A DNA stretch of 64,000 bases from a virus: IMG/VR virus record IMGVR_UViG_3300021964_000018, positions 77,039 to 141,038 of that record, one strand, 5' to 3'. A program made the translations under genes and the position numbers. Below, in pieces: positions 1 to 10,400 of this stretch. Position 1 is the stretch's first letter. The number at the start of each line of letters is the position of its first letter. The notes under the pieces were generated by a model. The model did not search any database. It was not told the origin of the DNA and saw nothing but the letters and a program-made list of their open reading frames with translations.

Positions 1-576
1 GCAGAAATTAATGAAAAGAAATGGGAGCAACAACCTGTTGTTATTGTTGACTTAGATGATGTGGTAGTAGATTTTAGGGTTTGTTTTGCCAATTGGCTTG
101 AAGATAATTATGGTCTTAAAATAGACGTGGAATCTGAAGAATATTATTTTATTTCAGCATTGTCATCTATTGATGTTAATCCAGAAGCTGTATTTGAAAA
201 ATTTATGAACCAAGGTGGGTTTTCTCGACCAGACATTAATTCTGGTGTGTATCGCTATCTTTGGGATTTAAAAAATCAAGGTTTCTGGATTCAATATTTA
301 ACAGCAAGGCCTGGCGATAACCTTCGATGCGTTTATGATACGTATGATTGGATTGCAAAACATAGCTTACCTTACGACGGTATTGATTTTTCAACAGAAA
401 AATTTAGATGGTGTGCAAGATCTCGTTACTATAAACATATTAAATTTGCAATTGATGATTCACCAAAGCATGCCTTAGAATATGCAAAGCATGGAATAGA
501 ATGTCATGTTCCTGTTAAATCATATAATAAACAAACAATCGGAATAAATAATATTAAACGGTATAAAATATTTTAA
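1..576 (+). CDS. HAD-family 5'(3')-deoxyribonucleotidase-like protein, 5' end outside window
   Basis: Frame 1 is open from base 1 (AEINEKKWEQQPVVIVDLDDVV), giving HAD motif I DxD; later LTAR and IDDSP motifs. Confidence 0.75.
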   Translation, partial: AEINEKKWEQQPVVIVDLDDVVVDFRVCFANWLEDNYGLKIDVESEEYYFISALSSIDVNPEAVFEKFMNQGGFSRPDINSGVYRYLWDLKNQGFWIQYLTARPGDNLRCVYDTYDWIAKHSLPYDGIDFSTEKFRWCARSRYYKHIKFAIDDSPKHALEYAKHGIECHVPVKSYNKQTIGINNIKRYKIF

Positions 577-588
577 ACGGAGAGATAT

Positions 589-813
589 ATGCTAATAATA
601 TTATTATCAACACTTTTGCTAGCTGAAGAACCTAAAGTTGTTTATAAAAAAAGGACAGAAATTGATTTTGAAGCAGTTGACGTTGAAGGTACACTTAAAA
701 AACCAAATCAAGCATTAATAATGGAAAACAATAGAGCAATTTTTAATCCTCTTGTTCAAATTAGAAACTCATGGCATGTTGAAATGATTGGCTCTGTTGA
801 AGACATACAATAA
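589..813 (+). CDS. cglF: CglF/GltF-like adventurous gliding motility protein homolog (secreted)
   Basis: Signal peptide, then YKKRTEIDFEAVDVEGTLKKP...FNPLVQIRNSW, matching the myxobacterial CglF pattern as recalled; SD GGAG. Confidence 0.7.
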   Translation: MLIILLSTLLLAEEPKVVYKKRTEIDFEAVDVEGTLKKPNQALIMENNRAIFNPLVQIRNSWHVEMIGSVEDIQ

Positions 814-836
814 GAATAAATAAAAATTTAAATTTT

Positions 837-863
837 AAGAGCTTGTACAAGCTCTTTTTTTTT
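837..863 (+). terminator. Intrinsic terminator-like palindrome overlapping a promoter -35
   Basis: Perfect 20-bp palindrome AAGAGCTTGTACAAGCTCTT plus T run. Confidence 0.6.
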
Positions 864-871
864 GTTAAAAT
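844..871 (+). promoter_or_regulatory. TGTAAA-N16-TATAAT-type promoter of thyX-like gene
   Basis: TGTACA 844-849, 16 nt, TAAAAT 866-871; same spacing at about 9 other sites. Confidence 0.65.
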
Positions 872-891
872 AAAAATAAAAAGGAGAAAAT

Positions 892-1878
892 ATGCCACAA
901 AATAAAAATCTTACACCTGTTAAACTCCCAATGGAACTTAAATTTGGTCAAGAACCAAAAACAAAATTTTATAATAATCTTGAACATCTTAAAGTTGAAT
1001 TAGTTGATGCGCCCACCAGGTCCCAAGCCCTTAATGTTGCATGGCAATATGTAAAAGCAACATGGGCTGATCATCATGACGAAACAAATCCAGCAACTGC
1101 TTCATTACAAGAATTGTCTGCAAACCTTGAAGATGTTCTTAACTTTCGTGCATTGCCAACACCAATGGAATGTTTAGGTTTTACATTTAAGCTGTCCGGA
1201 CTTTCATTTCAAGAAGTTACTCACATTATTCGTCATCGAGCCGGCTCTTTTGCAGCACAATGTACAGGTGATCGCGATCTTCGTGATGATCCAGCCGTTA
1301 TCCCTGAGGCCGTTGAAAACAGTCCAGAGTTTTTGCAACGATATCGAAAAATTGTTCGTGATTCAAAGCAACTTTATGCTGACATGTGTGACTCAAAAGA
1401 CGTCTCTATGATGGATGCTCGAATGATTCTTCCAAAATGTATGACATCTTTTTATCTAATGCGTCTTAACCTTAAAGACCTATTAGGTTTTATTGCACAG
1501 CGTCAAGATATGCAAATTCAACCTGCAGCAGATAATATTCTTGCAGCTTATATGGCACGTGAGCTTTTAAAAGTTTTACCAGAAGCGTCAACACGAATTA
1601 ATTTTAGTAAACCTGACATGCATTACATTAAGACTTTCCGTGTACCAGATGGTAAAGGCGGTGAAACATCACGTGGTACAAATCTTTATTGGCCAGAACC
1701 TAAAAATGATAAGTTTGAATATCACCCAAATGATACAATTTATCAGTCACGTCGAGAAGATATTAATGGAACAAATAACCCAGGAACAAAAACAAAATTT
1801 ACACAACTTTGGGAACAAGCTTTACACGAAATAGCAGGTATACAAATAGCTTATGCACAATTTATGGGTAGAATTTGA
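892..1878 (+). CDS. thyX: FAD-dependent thymidylate synthase (ThyX)-like protein with Cys at the conserved Ser
   Basis: RHRAGSFAAQC (RHRX7S motif with S->C), DARMILP. Confidence 0.8.
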   Translation: MPQNKNLTPVKLPMELKFGQEPKTKFYNNLEHLKVELVDAPTRSQALNVAWQYVKATWADHHDETNPATASLQELSANLEDVLNFRALPTPMECLGFTFKLSGLSFQEVTHIIRHRAGSFAAQCTGDRDLRDDPAVIPEAVENSPEFLQRYRKIVRDSKQLYADMCDSKDVSMMDARMILPKCMTSFYLMRLNLKDLLGFIAQRQDMQIQPAADNILAAYMARELLKVLPEASTRINFSKPDMHYIKTFRVPDGKGGETSRGTNLYWPEPKNDKFEYHPNDTIYQSRREDINGTNNPGTKTKFTQLWEQALHEIAGIQIAYAQFMGRI

Positions 1879-1954
1879 TTTTTTATAGATAAATGCCTAT
1901 TTAATTTCATAATTAATAATGTTTAAAAATATTTCATTAAGGAGAAATTTAATT

Positions 1955-2866
1955 ATGAAATTAAATAGGCATAGTTTAAGAATGTTAATAGAAAGTGTAC
2001 TTCAAGAAGAAGTAGATGTTTCAAAATTCAAAAAAGGTGAATCCACAATAGTAGCGACAAAAGGTGCAGCTGCTGATAATAAAGCAGCTTTTGAAGTTTC
2101 TGATGTTGACACTATAAAGAAAAAACTAGGTATAAAAATATCAGGAAAATATTATGTATGGAAAGGAAGTCAAGCAGAAGCAGGTTATAAATTAGGTTCT
2201 GTTAGATATTCTTCAGGCGACCCTTATACTTACGAAGAATTATCAAATGGGTTTTACAGAGTAATGTCCGGACCAGATAGTAACGAAAAAAGAGATAGTG
2301 GAAAAAGAATAGGTACGTCTCCAATTGGTGCTAAGTTTAAACCTTCTTCTCCTCCAGACGTTGTTGTTGATCCTACAAATGTTCTTTCGAAGTTACGCGA
2401 AACTCCTGATGGAGATAAAAGATCAGGCAATTTCGATAAAGCTGTGAACATATTGGTGGCGTGTGCATCTGACAAAAAACAACTAGGTGACGTTATAAGT
2501 GAATTAGAAAGTCTAGCAAGTAGACCAATTAGAGGAAAAGATCTTCTCGCTCATCCTGCACATTATGTTGCAAGATTGATGATGGGAGGTGTACAACAAG
2601 GAGGCGAAGTTTCAGGAACAGGCGCAGCTGCAAGTAATTCCAAAATTATCAATAAATATTTGTCATTACTGCAGAAGAAGCACGGTATGGGACGTGGTAA
2701 CGTCGATATAAAATTTGACATGCGGATTAGCCAAGATCGCGCAGATAAATCTAATTTTGGAGATTCAGTTAAGTCTGGTGCGAAAACTGGTGGAGGTCAA
2801 GCTGAAAAAATGGATGAATCTTTATCACGCGGATCTTTACTAAGAAGACGTTATAGAAGATACTAG
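1955..2866 (+). CDS. Hypothetical protein with shared N-terminal leader (MKLNRHSLRMLIESVLQEE)
   Basis: SD AAGGAG before ATG 1955; leader motif. Confidence 0.75.
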   Translation: MKLNRHSLRMLIESVLQEEVDVSKFKKGESTIVATKGAAADNKAAFEVSDVDTIKKKLGIKISGKYYVWKGSQAEAGYKLGSVRYSSGDPYTYEELSNGFYRVMSGPDSNEKRDSGKRIGTSPIGAKFKPSSPPDVVVDPTNVLSKLRETPDGDKRSGNFDKAVNILVACASDKKQLGDVISELESLASRPIRGKDLLAHPAHYVARLMMGGVQQGGEVSGTGAAASNSKIINKYLSLLQKKHGMGRGNVDIKFDMRISQDRADKSNFGDSVKSGAKTGGGQAEKMDESLSRGSLLRRRYRRY

Positions 2867-2887
2867 AATTAGCAAATTATTAATTTT

Positions 2888-2911
2888 AAAAGCGGCAATG
2901 CCGCTTTTTTT
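2888..2911 (+). terminator. Intrinsic terminator
   Basis: AAAAGCGGC-aat-GCCGCTTTT plus T run after stop codon. Confidence 0.8.
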
Positions 2912-2912
2912 A

Positions 2913-2940
2913 TGTAAAAAAAAAGCTAACTTAATAAAAT
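2913..2940 (+). promoter_or_regulatory. TGTAAA-N16-TAAAAT promoter
   Basis: Exact motif and spacing upstream of the 2961 operon. Confidence 0.65.
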
Positions 2941-2960
2941 AAAAATAAAAAGGAGCAAAT

Positions 2961-3404
2961 ATGAATAAATGTTATATTGCCAGCGGTTGGTTTTCACCTG
3001 AATGGCTAGAAGAATTAGAAACAATTAAATCTGTACTTGATAGTCTAAATTTAAAATACTTTTCACCAAAAGATGAAAATCTTTGCGAGCCGGATTCTGA
3101 CGTTGGTTTTCAAGATCAAGTCTTTAACGGCAATATTAAAGGGATGGAAGAGTGTGATTGGATGATCTGTAATACTCGTAATAAAGATATGGGTAGTATT
3201 TTTGAAGCAGGTTATTTTCATAAGTTAGGAAAACCAATTGTTTACTTTTGCGCCGGTCTTCCTCCTGGTGCGCAATTTAATCTTATGCTAGCTGCATCTG
3301 GTAAGACAGTTTGTACATCAATTAAACAACTCAAAGGCTATCTTATCGATTGCCAGGCAACAGGTGAAATTATTACTCGTCGTTATGAAGGAGATATTGA
3401 GTAA
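2961..3404 (+). CDS. Nucleoside 2-deoxyribosyltransferase / nucleotide N-hydrolase family
   Basis: YIASGWFS N-terminus, DMGSIFEAGY motif with catalytic Glu, GKPIV, FNLML. Confidence 0.8.
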   Translation: MNKCYIASGWFSPEWLEELETIKSVLDSLNLKYFSPKDENLCEPDSDVGFQDQVFNGNIKGMEECDWMICNTRNKDMGSIFEAGYFHKLGKPIVYFCAGLPPGAQFNLMLAASGKTVCTSIKQLKGYLIDCQATGEIITRRYEGDIE

Positions 3405-4399
3405 TGAATATTTTTATTACTGGTGAAAAAGGTTTAATTGCACAAAATATTATTAAAGAAGCAAAAGAAAACTTTCCTGATGTAAATATTATTACAGGAG
3501 CTGTTGATTATCTTAATATGCATCAAGAAGGTGAACCTTGTGTTTATAAAAATTCAATTGATCAATGGAAATTCTTTTTTGATTTAAATCAAATTGATGT
3601 AATTATTCACAATGCAGCTGTTGTTAATACAGAAGTTGTTGGCATGAATCTTGAGCGCGCAACACGAACCAACGACGAAGGTACATATAAGATTTGCATG
3701 GCAGCACAAAAATGTGACATTCCTGTTTGTTATATGGGAACGACTGTTATCTATGATGCATTTAAATATCAAAACGAGAAAATAACAGAAGAATCATCAC
3801 GTGGACCACATACACTTTACGGCTGTCAAAAGCTAGCAGCAGAATATATTGTTAAGTCTCATGCACCGAAATGGATGATTATTCGACCTCTATTTGCATA
3901 TGGCGGAGAAGGTGATATGAATTCACTAATTGCAAAGTCAATTTATGCATGTCTTAACGGAAAGCAAGTTGATATGCGCCTAGATCCAACAAAATACAAA
4001 GATTATATGCACGTTTCAGATTATGCTAATGCAGTCTTAACAGGAATTACACAGCACCTTTGGAATGACGAATGGAACATCGCGGCAGAAACACCTCATG
4101 TAACAGAAAACATTATCAAAATGATTGAAAAGATTTGTGGTTTAGACATGTCAAATACAATCAATTGGAAATCTACTTCAGACTATACAGGTAATCATAG
4201 GTTGGATTCTAGTAAGTTTAGAAATGCTACCGGCTGGTCTCCTAAAGTTATACTAACCAAAGGAATTAGAATGTCTTATGAAACAATTCTGAATTCGGAA
4301 GGTTATAATCCATTAACACACCTTGAAGAAGCAGAAAAAAGAAACATCGACGTGGGAGAATACTTTAATGAAGCAAGAATTGCAAGAAAGTCTATTTAA
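3404..4399 (+). CDS. NAD-dependent epimerase/dehydratase (extended SDR)
   Basis: ITGEKGLIA, HNAA, YGCQK (YxxxK), DYMHVSD. Confidence 0.85.
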   Translation: MNIFITGEKGLIAQNIIKEAKENFPDVNIITGAVDYLNMHQEGEPCVYKNSIDQWKFFFDLNQIDVIIHNAAVVNTEVVGMNLERATRTNDEGTYKICMAAQKCDIPVCYMGTTVIYDAFKYQNEKITEESSRGPHTLYGCQKLAAEYIVKSHAPKWMIIRPLFAYGGEGDMNSLIAKSIYACLNGKQVDMRLDPTKYKDYMHVSDYANAVLTGITQHLWNDEWNIAAETPHVTENIIKMIEKICGLDMSNTINWKSTSDYTGNHRLDSSKFRNATGWSPKVILTKGIRMSYETILNSEGYNPLTHLEEAEKRNIDVGEYFNEARIARKSI

Positions 4400-4670
4400 T
4401 GCATACCCAAAGATTTTTGCGCGAAGACATATGCCAAAAGAATACACAGCGATGTGTTATGGAATTCAATGTCCAGATAGTTGGTATGATTTAATTGATA
4501 CACTTTGCGGAAGAATTCAATCTTATTCTGACCAAAAAGGAATAATATGTGAAGCAAATCAAGTAAAATCAAAATTTGGTGGTTTAAGATTTTACGTAAC
4601 TTATTCAGATCCCTATATTAAAGGATTGTTATCAATGGCAGAAATGATGTCGCTTAAAATAAAGGAGTAA
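4368..4670 (+). CDS. Conserved phage hypothetical protein
   Basis: ORF with WYDLI and QVKSKFGGLRFY motifs; SD GGGAG before ATG 4368. Confidence 0.65.
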   Translation: MKQELQESLFNAYPKIFARRHMPKEYTAMCYGIQCPDSWYDLIDTLCGRIQSYSDQKGIICEANQVKSKFGGLRFYVTYSDPYIKGLLSMAEMMSLKIKE

Positions 4671-4672
4671 TA

Positions 4673-5419
4673 ATGTCACATTCACAATATAAATGTCAAG
4701 TTCAAGGAAAAGAAAGTTATATTGATAATCAATTTGTTATCTTTTCTCAATCTTACTTAATGAATCAGGTTCATATCTACAATAAAGAAAAAGGTCACAC
4801 AACAAAAAATCGAGTTAAATTATTAGAATTGGGATGTTATAACGGTCGTGTTATGCACTTTATGACGCAACAAATGTTATTTGTTGATTATACAGGTGTT
4901 GATGTTACTCATCAGTATCTTGCACATTCACCGGTCGCAAATCGAAAAGACGTAACCTTGCTTTGCGAAGACGTAACAAAAGGATTGTCATTGGCTGACG
5001 GTTCTCAAGATATGATTATCAGCTCAGAAGTGTTAGAGCATATCAATCCAGAAGATTTACCAGGCGTAATGAGAACACTTTATAACAAGCTTAAAGTAGG
5101 TGGGCGATGTTGTGTTGCGTTTCCGATGAATACACGTGACACAATGTTTCACAATCTTGAAAAAGAACAAGGTTTAGGTCACGTTAATTTTCCTGTCTAT
5201 GAAGACTTTATTGAACTTTGTGAAAACATCGGATTTACCTTACATCATTATGATAGTGGGTTTTCGCTTAAATCAAGTTTTAGAACACCTCGTTATGGAA
5301 AAGATCCGCTATATGACAAGTTAAGAGATCGACTAGGTTCACCTGCTGCTCGAGCTGTTTGGATGACAATAACTGATGATCATACTGGTGGAGGATATTT
5401 TACTTTTGATAAGTTGTAA
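4673..5419 (+). CDS. Class I SAM-dependent methyltransferase
   Basis: LLELGCYNG, YTGVD, SSEVLEHI, LKVGG motifs. Confidence 0.85.
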   Translation: MSHSQYKCQVQGKESYIDNQFVIFSQSYLMNQVHIYNKEKGHTTKNRVKLLELGCYNGRVMHFMTQQMLFVDYTGVDVTHQYLAHSPVANRKDVTLLCEDVTKGLSLADGSQDMIISSEVLEHINPEDLPGVMRTLYNKLKVGGRCCVAFPMNTRDTMFHNLEKEQGLGHVNFPVYEDFIELCENIGFTLHHYDSGFSLKSSFRTPRYGKDPLYDKLRDRLGSPAARAVWMTITDDHTGGGYFTFDKL

Positions 5420-5464
5420 TTATTGCGAATAATTAATTATTGATTTATACTTTGTTAAAAAGGT

Positions 5465-7276
5465 GTGCAAATGATTATAAATGAAAAATTAATTAAAAAA
5501 CTCATTAAGGAGTCTATTAACAAGTTAATAGTTGAAAAAGCTAAGTTTACAAAAGCAGAAAATTTTTTAAAAGATACTGAAAATCATTATGAAATTTTTG
5601 AAAATATAAAATATTCCTATAATATTGTCATGTTAAAAGATTTTGAAAATGACCTAGAAGTAAAAGAAGAAGCAAAGAAAAATATAGAAAACGTCTTTGC
5701 TGCTTTTTTACACTCTAGCCCCAAAACAGAAAAAGGAAAGGTATGGTTTTTAGATAAGTCTATTAACAGATACGTTACAGACTTAAGCAATATTCCAGAA
5801 TTTGGCAGTAATCCTTTTTATGATAGTCCAATTTTACTTAAAAGAATAAAGGAAAAAAATAATTTTTCCGACCAAGAAGCAAAGAAAAACCTACTAGATA
5901 GAATTAAACGTTTCACGAAAGATATATCTAGAGAATTAATAGAACTAGTAAAGAAATCAGTAACACATGATTTGCAAAGAAAACTTAAGTCAAATTTTAT
6001 GGAAAAAAATAAAGACATATTAGAAAGTTTAAACTTTGTTCATTATCCTTATGCGTTTAGAGAATATTCAGAAACAGACACAACAGGGATCGGCGCAGTC
6101 TTAGAAGTCCTAGGAAAGCCCTTGGAATTTTTAAAAGGAACTGTAGTTAATAGTCCTGACGAATTAGCTGGGATTGGTTATCCTAAAGGGGAGGAATTAA
6201 GAGATTCAATTGGTATGGGTAGCGAGTTAGGAGGAAAAATCGCGTTTCCATATATTGGTTTTCTTATAACGGGAAAGATTACTTATTTTGATGAAAAAGA
6301 TGCTCAATCATCAACTTATCGAAGTAGCTTTGTTGGCGGTCAAAGAGACAGCAGCGGTTTTGTAAGATACCCAAAAGACATTCAAGGTTCAATGTCCAAC
6401 CAGATACCAGGCGCGTACAAGACAAAGGAGGAATTAGAAAATTATCTTTCTAATTTTGATAAAAGATTTGGCGCGTTAACAACAGCTGAAAGAAGCGAAT
6501 CTGAGATAAAAACTGGTTTTAAAAAACATAATTATGGTGAAGCTTTTATTGACAATTGGACAGCAGTTGGTATGATTGCGCAATGGGATTTAATTGTTAA
6601 AAAGTTTAGAGAAAAGCTTTTAGCAACTATAACAGGTTTAGAATTAGATCCTCAAAAAGAATTTAAGCAATACCTTTATAAAAATAAAGGTTATTCTCCT
6701 TTTAATGATATTCAATTGACACATAGCTTAAGAACAGCTAAAAAAAATCTAGATATCGTTGCCTTAGGCGAACCTAAAATAGAAGACTTGTCGGTAAATA
6801 AAAACCGATACAAGACGGCAAAAGATAATTTAAGTTTTGAATATGGTGGTGACTCAATTCCATACTTATCGAAAAAACTAGGTATTCAAAAAGAAGCAGT
6901 ACCTTCTTTTATTGAAGACTTTATAAAAAATATTGATCCTGTTTTAGAACAACTTAAAACAGGCGAAATATTATATAGTGAGTTAAATAATCCTAAAGTA
7001 GAAGAATTCATAGATAAATATTATGAAGGTGATATAGCTTCAGATTTGCAAAAACAACAACGCAAAATAAAAAACTTGATTAAAAAAACAGGCTCAGCAT
7101 CAATAATTTCAACTTTAACAATCGGTCTAGAAAAGATTAATGATGATTTAAGCAAATTTGAAGATATTAAACTAAAATCATATGATAAAAATTTCAATGA
7201 ATATGATGTTAAAATATTTACAAATAATATGAGGCAAATAATAGCAGAAGCAATTGCGCAATTAAAAAAACGTTAA
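5465..7276 (+). CDS. Large hypothetical protein with leader; paralog of 41821..43425
   Basis: INEKLIKKLIKESIN leader; blocks shared with the 41821 protein (HY..AF, S.DE.AG..Y, GQR..SGF.RY, E.FIDNW, DKNFNE). Confidence 0.75.
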   Translation: MQMIINEKLIKKLIKESINKLIVEKAKFTKAENFLKDTENHYEIFENIKYSYNIVMLKDFENDLEVKEEAKKNIENVFAAFLHSSPKTEKGKVWFLDKSINRYVTDLSNIPEFGSNPFYDSPILLKRIKEKNNFSDQEAKKNLLDRIKRFTKDISRELIELVKKSVTHDLQRKLKSNFMEKNKDILESLNFVHYPYAFREYSETDTTGIGAVLEVLGKPLEFLKGTVVNSPDELAGIGYPKGEELRDSIGMGSELGGKIAFPYIGFLITGKITYFDEKDAQSSTYRSSFVGGQRDSSGFVRYPKDIQGSMSNQIPGAYKTKEELENYLSNFDKRFGALTTAERSESEIKTGFKKHNYGEAFIDNWTAVGMIAQWDLIVKKFREKLLATITGLELDPQKEFKQYLYKNKGYSPFNDIQLTHSLRTAKKNLDIVALGEPKIEDLSVNKNRYKTAKDNLSFEYGGDSIPYLSKKLGIQKEAVPSFIEDFIKNIDPVLEQLKTGEILYSELNNPKVEEFIDKYYEGDIASDLQKQQRKIKNLIKKTGSASIISTLTIGLEKINDDLSKFEDIKLKSYDKNFNEYDVKIFTNNMRQIIAEAIAQLKKR

Positions 7277-7346
7277 TAATAATTAATAGTTATTACTAGC
7301 ATTATGAGGTACAAATATTATAAATTAAACTAAGTTTTGCACCACG

Positions 7347-7374
7347 TGTAAATGTGCCACATACAAATTATAAT
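7347..7374 (+). promoter_or_regulatory. dnaE promoter TGTAAA-N16-TATAAT
   Basis: TGTAAA 7347-7352, TATAAT 7369-7374. Confidence 0.7.
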
Positions 7375-7384
7375 TTGTATGTGG
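7357..7384. repeat. Perfect 28-bp palindrome over the dnaE -10 box
   Basis: CCACATACAAATTA|TAATTTGTATGTGG. Confidence 0.9.
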
Positions 7385-7409
7385 TTTTATTGTATTTAAA
7401 AGGAGTATT

Positions 7410-10400
7410 ATGCCAGTTCTTATCCCCCCACCGACCAAATTCGTCGGGCTTCATTGTCACTCAGGATTTAGCGTTTATGATGGTCTAGGTTATCCTGCTG
7501 ATCATATTGATTTTGTGCTTGAAAATGGCATGGATGCCTGGGCTTTAACCGACCATGGAAACGGTTCCGGTCTCGCACACGCACATAAACATGCCGAAAA
7601 ACTCAGAAAGAAAGGTGTCAAGTATCGACAAATTTATGGTTGTGAATTTTATTTTGTGCCGTCGCTAAAACAATGGCGCGGTGATTATGAACAAGCAAAA
7701 ATTGACCGTGCTGCTGCAAAACAAAAAGCAATCAAAGAAGAAGAGGAAGGTGGTCATATTATTGAAAACGAAGAAGAAACCAAAACCTTTAAACTATCGA
7801 ATGATGAATGGAAACGACGTTATCACTTGGTGATCACTGCGCAAAACGCCGAAGGTTTATCCAATCTCTTTACTCTGATTAAACGCGCCTATACAGATGG
7901 TTTCTACAGATATCCTCGAATTGATTTTGATCTTCTTAAAAAATATGGACGCGGTTTAAATGTGTCGACAGCTTGTCTTGGCGGCATATATTCAAATCGT
8001 ATTATGCGTGGCAATGCGCTCAAATTATCAGACGAACAAATTCAATCTGAACTGTTGCAGCTATCTGATCGTTTTGTTGATGCTGTCGGCGAAGATAATT
8101 TTTATCTTGAAGTTCAATTTAATCGACTTAAACAACAACACCTGGTAAATCATCATCTACTTCGACATGCTGATCAAACTGGTATTCCTCTTTTAGCAAC
8201 AGCTGATTCTCATTACTATAGCCCGGATAAGTGGGAGGCGCGCGAATTGTATAAAAAACTTGGTTGGATGGGTGCTGATCCTAGTCCGCTACCTGAGTTT
8301 GAAGATTTAAAATGCGAACTATACCCTAAGAACGCAGAACAAATGTGGGGTGAGTTTACAAGACATTATGATGAATACGAAGATACATACAAAGGTTATG
8401 AAGAAAAAATTAAAGGTGCCATTGAAAGATCGTATGAAATTGCCTGGGATAAATGCGAAGACTGTTGGATTGATACTTCTGTTAAGCTTCCCGATTTTAA
8501 CTCTCCTGAGTCGTCAGCTTTTCAAAAGCTGGGAAAAAAGGTCAAAGAGGCGCTTGTCAAAGAAGAATTGCACAAAAAACCAGAATATGTCGCCCGAGCA
8601 AAGGCAGAATTAGAAGATATCAAATACTTAGGATTTGAAAACTATTTCTTGGTGATGAATGAGGTATTTCATAAGGCGGCTGACCATACGCTGTTTGGTC
8701 CTGCCCGTGGTTCTGGTGGCGGTTCTTTGGTTAATTATTTGTTGGGAATTACTCAGGTTGACCCGCTTAAATACGACCTTCTTTGGGAGCGGTTTCTCGG
8801 AAGACATCGAACATCTTGGCCTGACATTGATTCTGACGCTGGCGATCGCGATGCTCTTATAAATGCAGCCCGAGAACTCTACGGTAATGAAGCTGTTATT
8901 CCTGTTTCAAACTTTAACACTCTTAAGCTTAAATCGCTAGTAAAAGATATTGCCAAGTTCTATGGCATTGATTTTGGCGAAGTAAATAAAATGACCGGTC
9001 CATTACAAAGTGAAGTAATGGCTCAAGCACGCGATGAAAACACAGAAAAATCTGTGTTTGTCCTTAAACATGCGGATTGCATGAAATATTCAAAAGGCTA
9101 TCGTGAGTTTATGGAAAAATATCCAAAAGTCAAAGATCACCTTGAAGCCTTATTCATGCAGAACAGATCGGTTGGGCGTCATGCTGGCGGTGTTATTATT
9201 GGTCCACCCGAAGACCTTGAAAGGTCAATGCCTATTATCGGTGTTCGTGGTGAATTACAAACTCCTTGGACGGAAGGTATGAACTTCAGAAATCTTGAGG
9301 ATAATGGTTTTATTAAGTTTGACTTTCTTGGTTTGACGCTATTAAAAGACGTAGAAAACTGTATTAGTCGAATTATTACTCGTGAAACAGGTAAGAAACC
9401 AACATTTCTCGAAATACGTGATTGGTTTGATAAACATCTAAATTGTCGTTATGTCACACAAGATGATGAAAAGGTTTGGAAACATGTTTATCATCAACGA
9501 AGAAAAACAGGTGTCTTTCAATTTACTGCTGAAGGTGCTCGTAAGTTCTGTGAAAATGCCAAACCAACTACAATTGAAGAATTAGCAGCATTAACAGCAA
9601 TCTATCGTCCCGGTCCTCTTCGTGCTAATGTTCATAAAAAATATGTAAAGGATAAAGCCAATGCGGAAAACATTGAATATGCACATCCTATTATTAAAGA
9701 AATCCTAGGCACGACTTTTGGTCATGTTACGTTTCAAGAACAGTTCATGCTTCTTGCACAGAAGCTAGGTGGATTCTCTCCGGCTGAATCTGATAAACTT
9801 AGAAAGACGTTAGTTAAAAAGTCATTGGATACTATGGGTAAGAAAGGTGATGAACGTGAAGCTGCTCGAATTAAATTCGTAACCGGTGCCAAAGAAATCA
9901 ATGGTGTTCCGGAGCATGTATCACAAGAGTTATGGGAACGTATTGAATTCTTCTCGGTTTATGGTTTCAATAAGTCTCATGCTATTGCCTATGCTTTGGA
10001 TTCTTATTATGCAGCATGGTTGCATACTTATTATGAAACTGACTGGCTAGGTACTATTCTGGAATCCGAGAATAACAATCCTGATGCTTTGGCAAAGGCG
10101 ATTAGTGAAATTAAGGCTATGGGCTTTGAAGTATCTACACCGGACATTAATGAATCAGGAATTGCATGGACATGGTCCGAAAATAAAAAGGCGTTTATTC
10201 CACCCTTAACTTCGATTAAAGGTCTTGGTAAAAATGCTGTGAAAGAAATATTTGAAAATCGACCTTACGAGTCAATTGATCAAATGTTATTTAATGAAGA
10301 AGGCAAATGGTATCACTCTAAACTTAACAAAACTGGATTTGCTGCATTGTGCAAGGTTGAGGCATTACATTCACTAAAAGAAATGTGGGATGGAACGATT

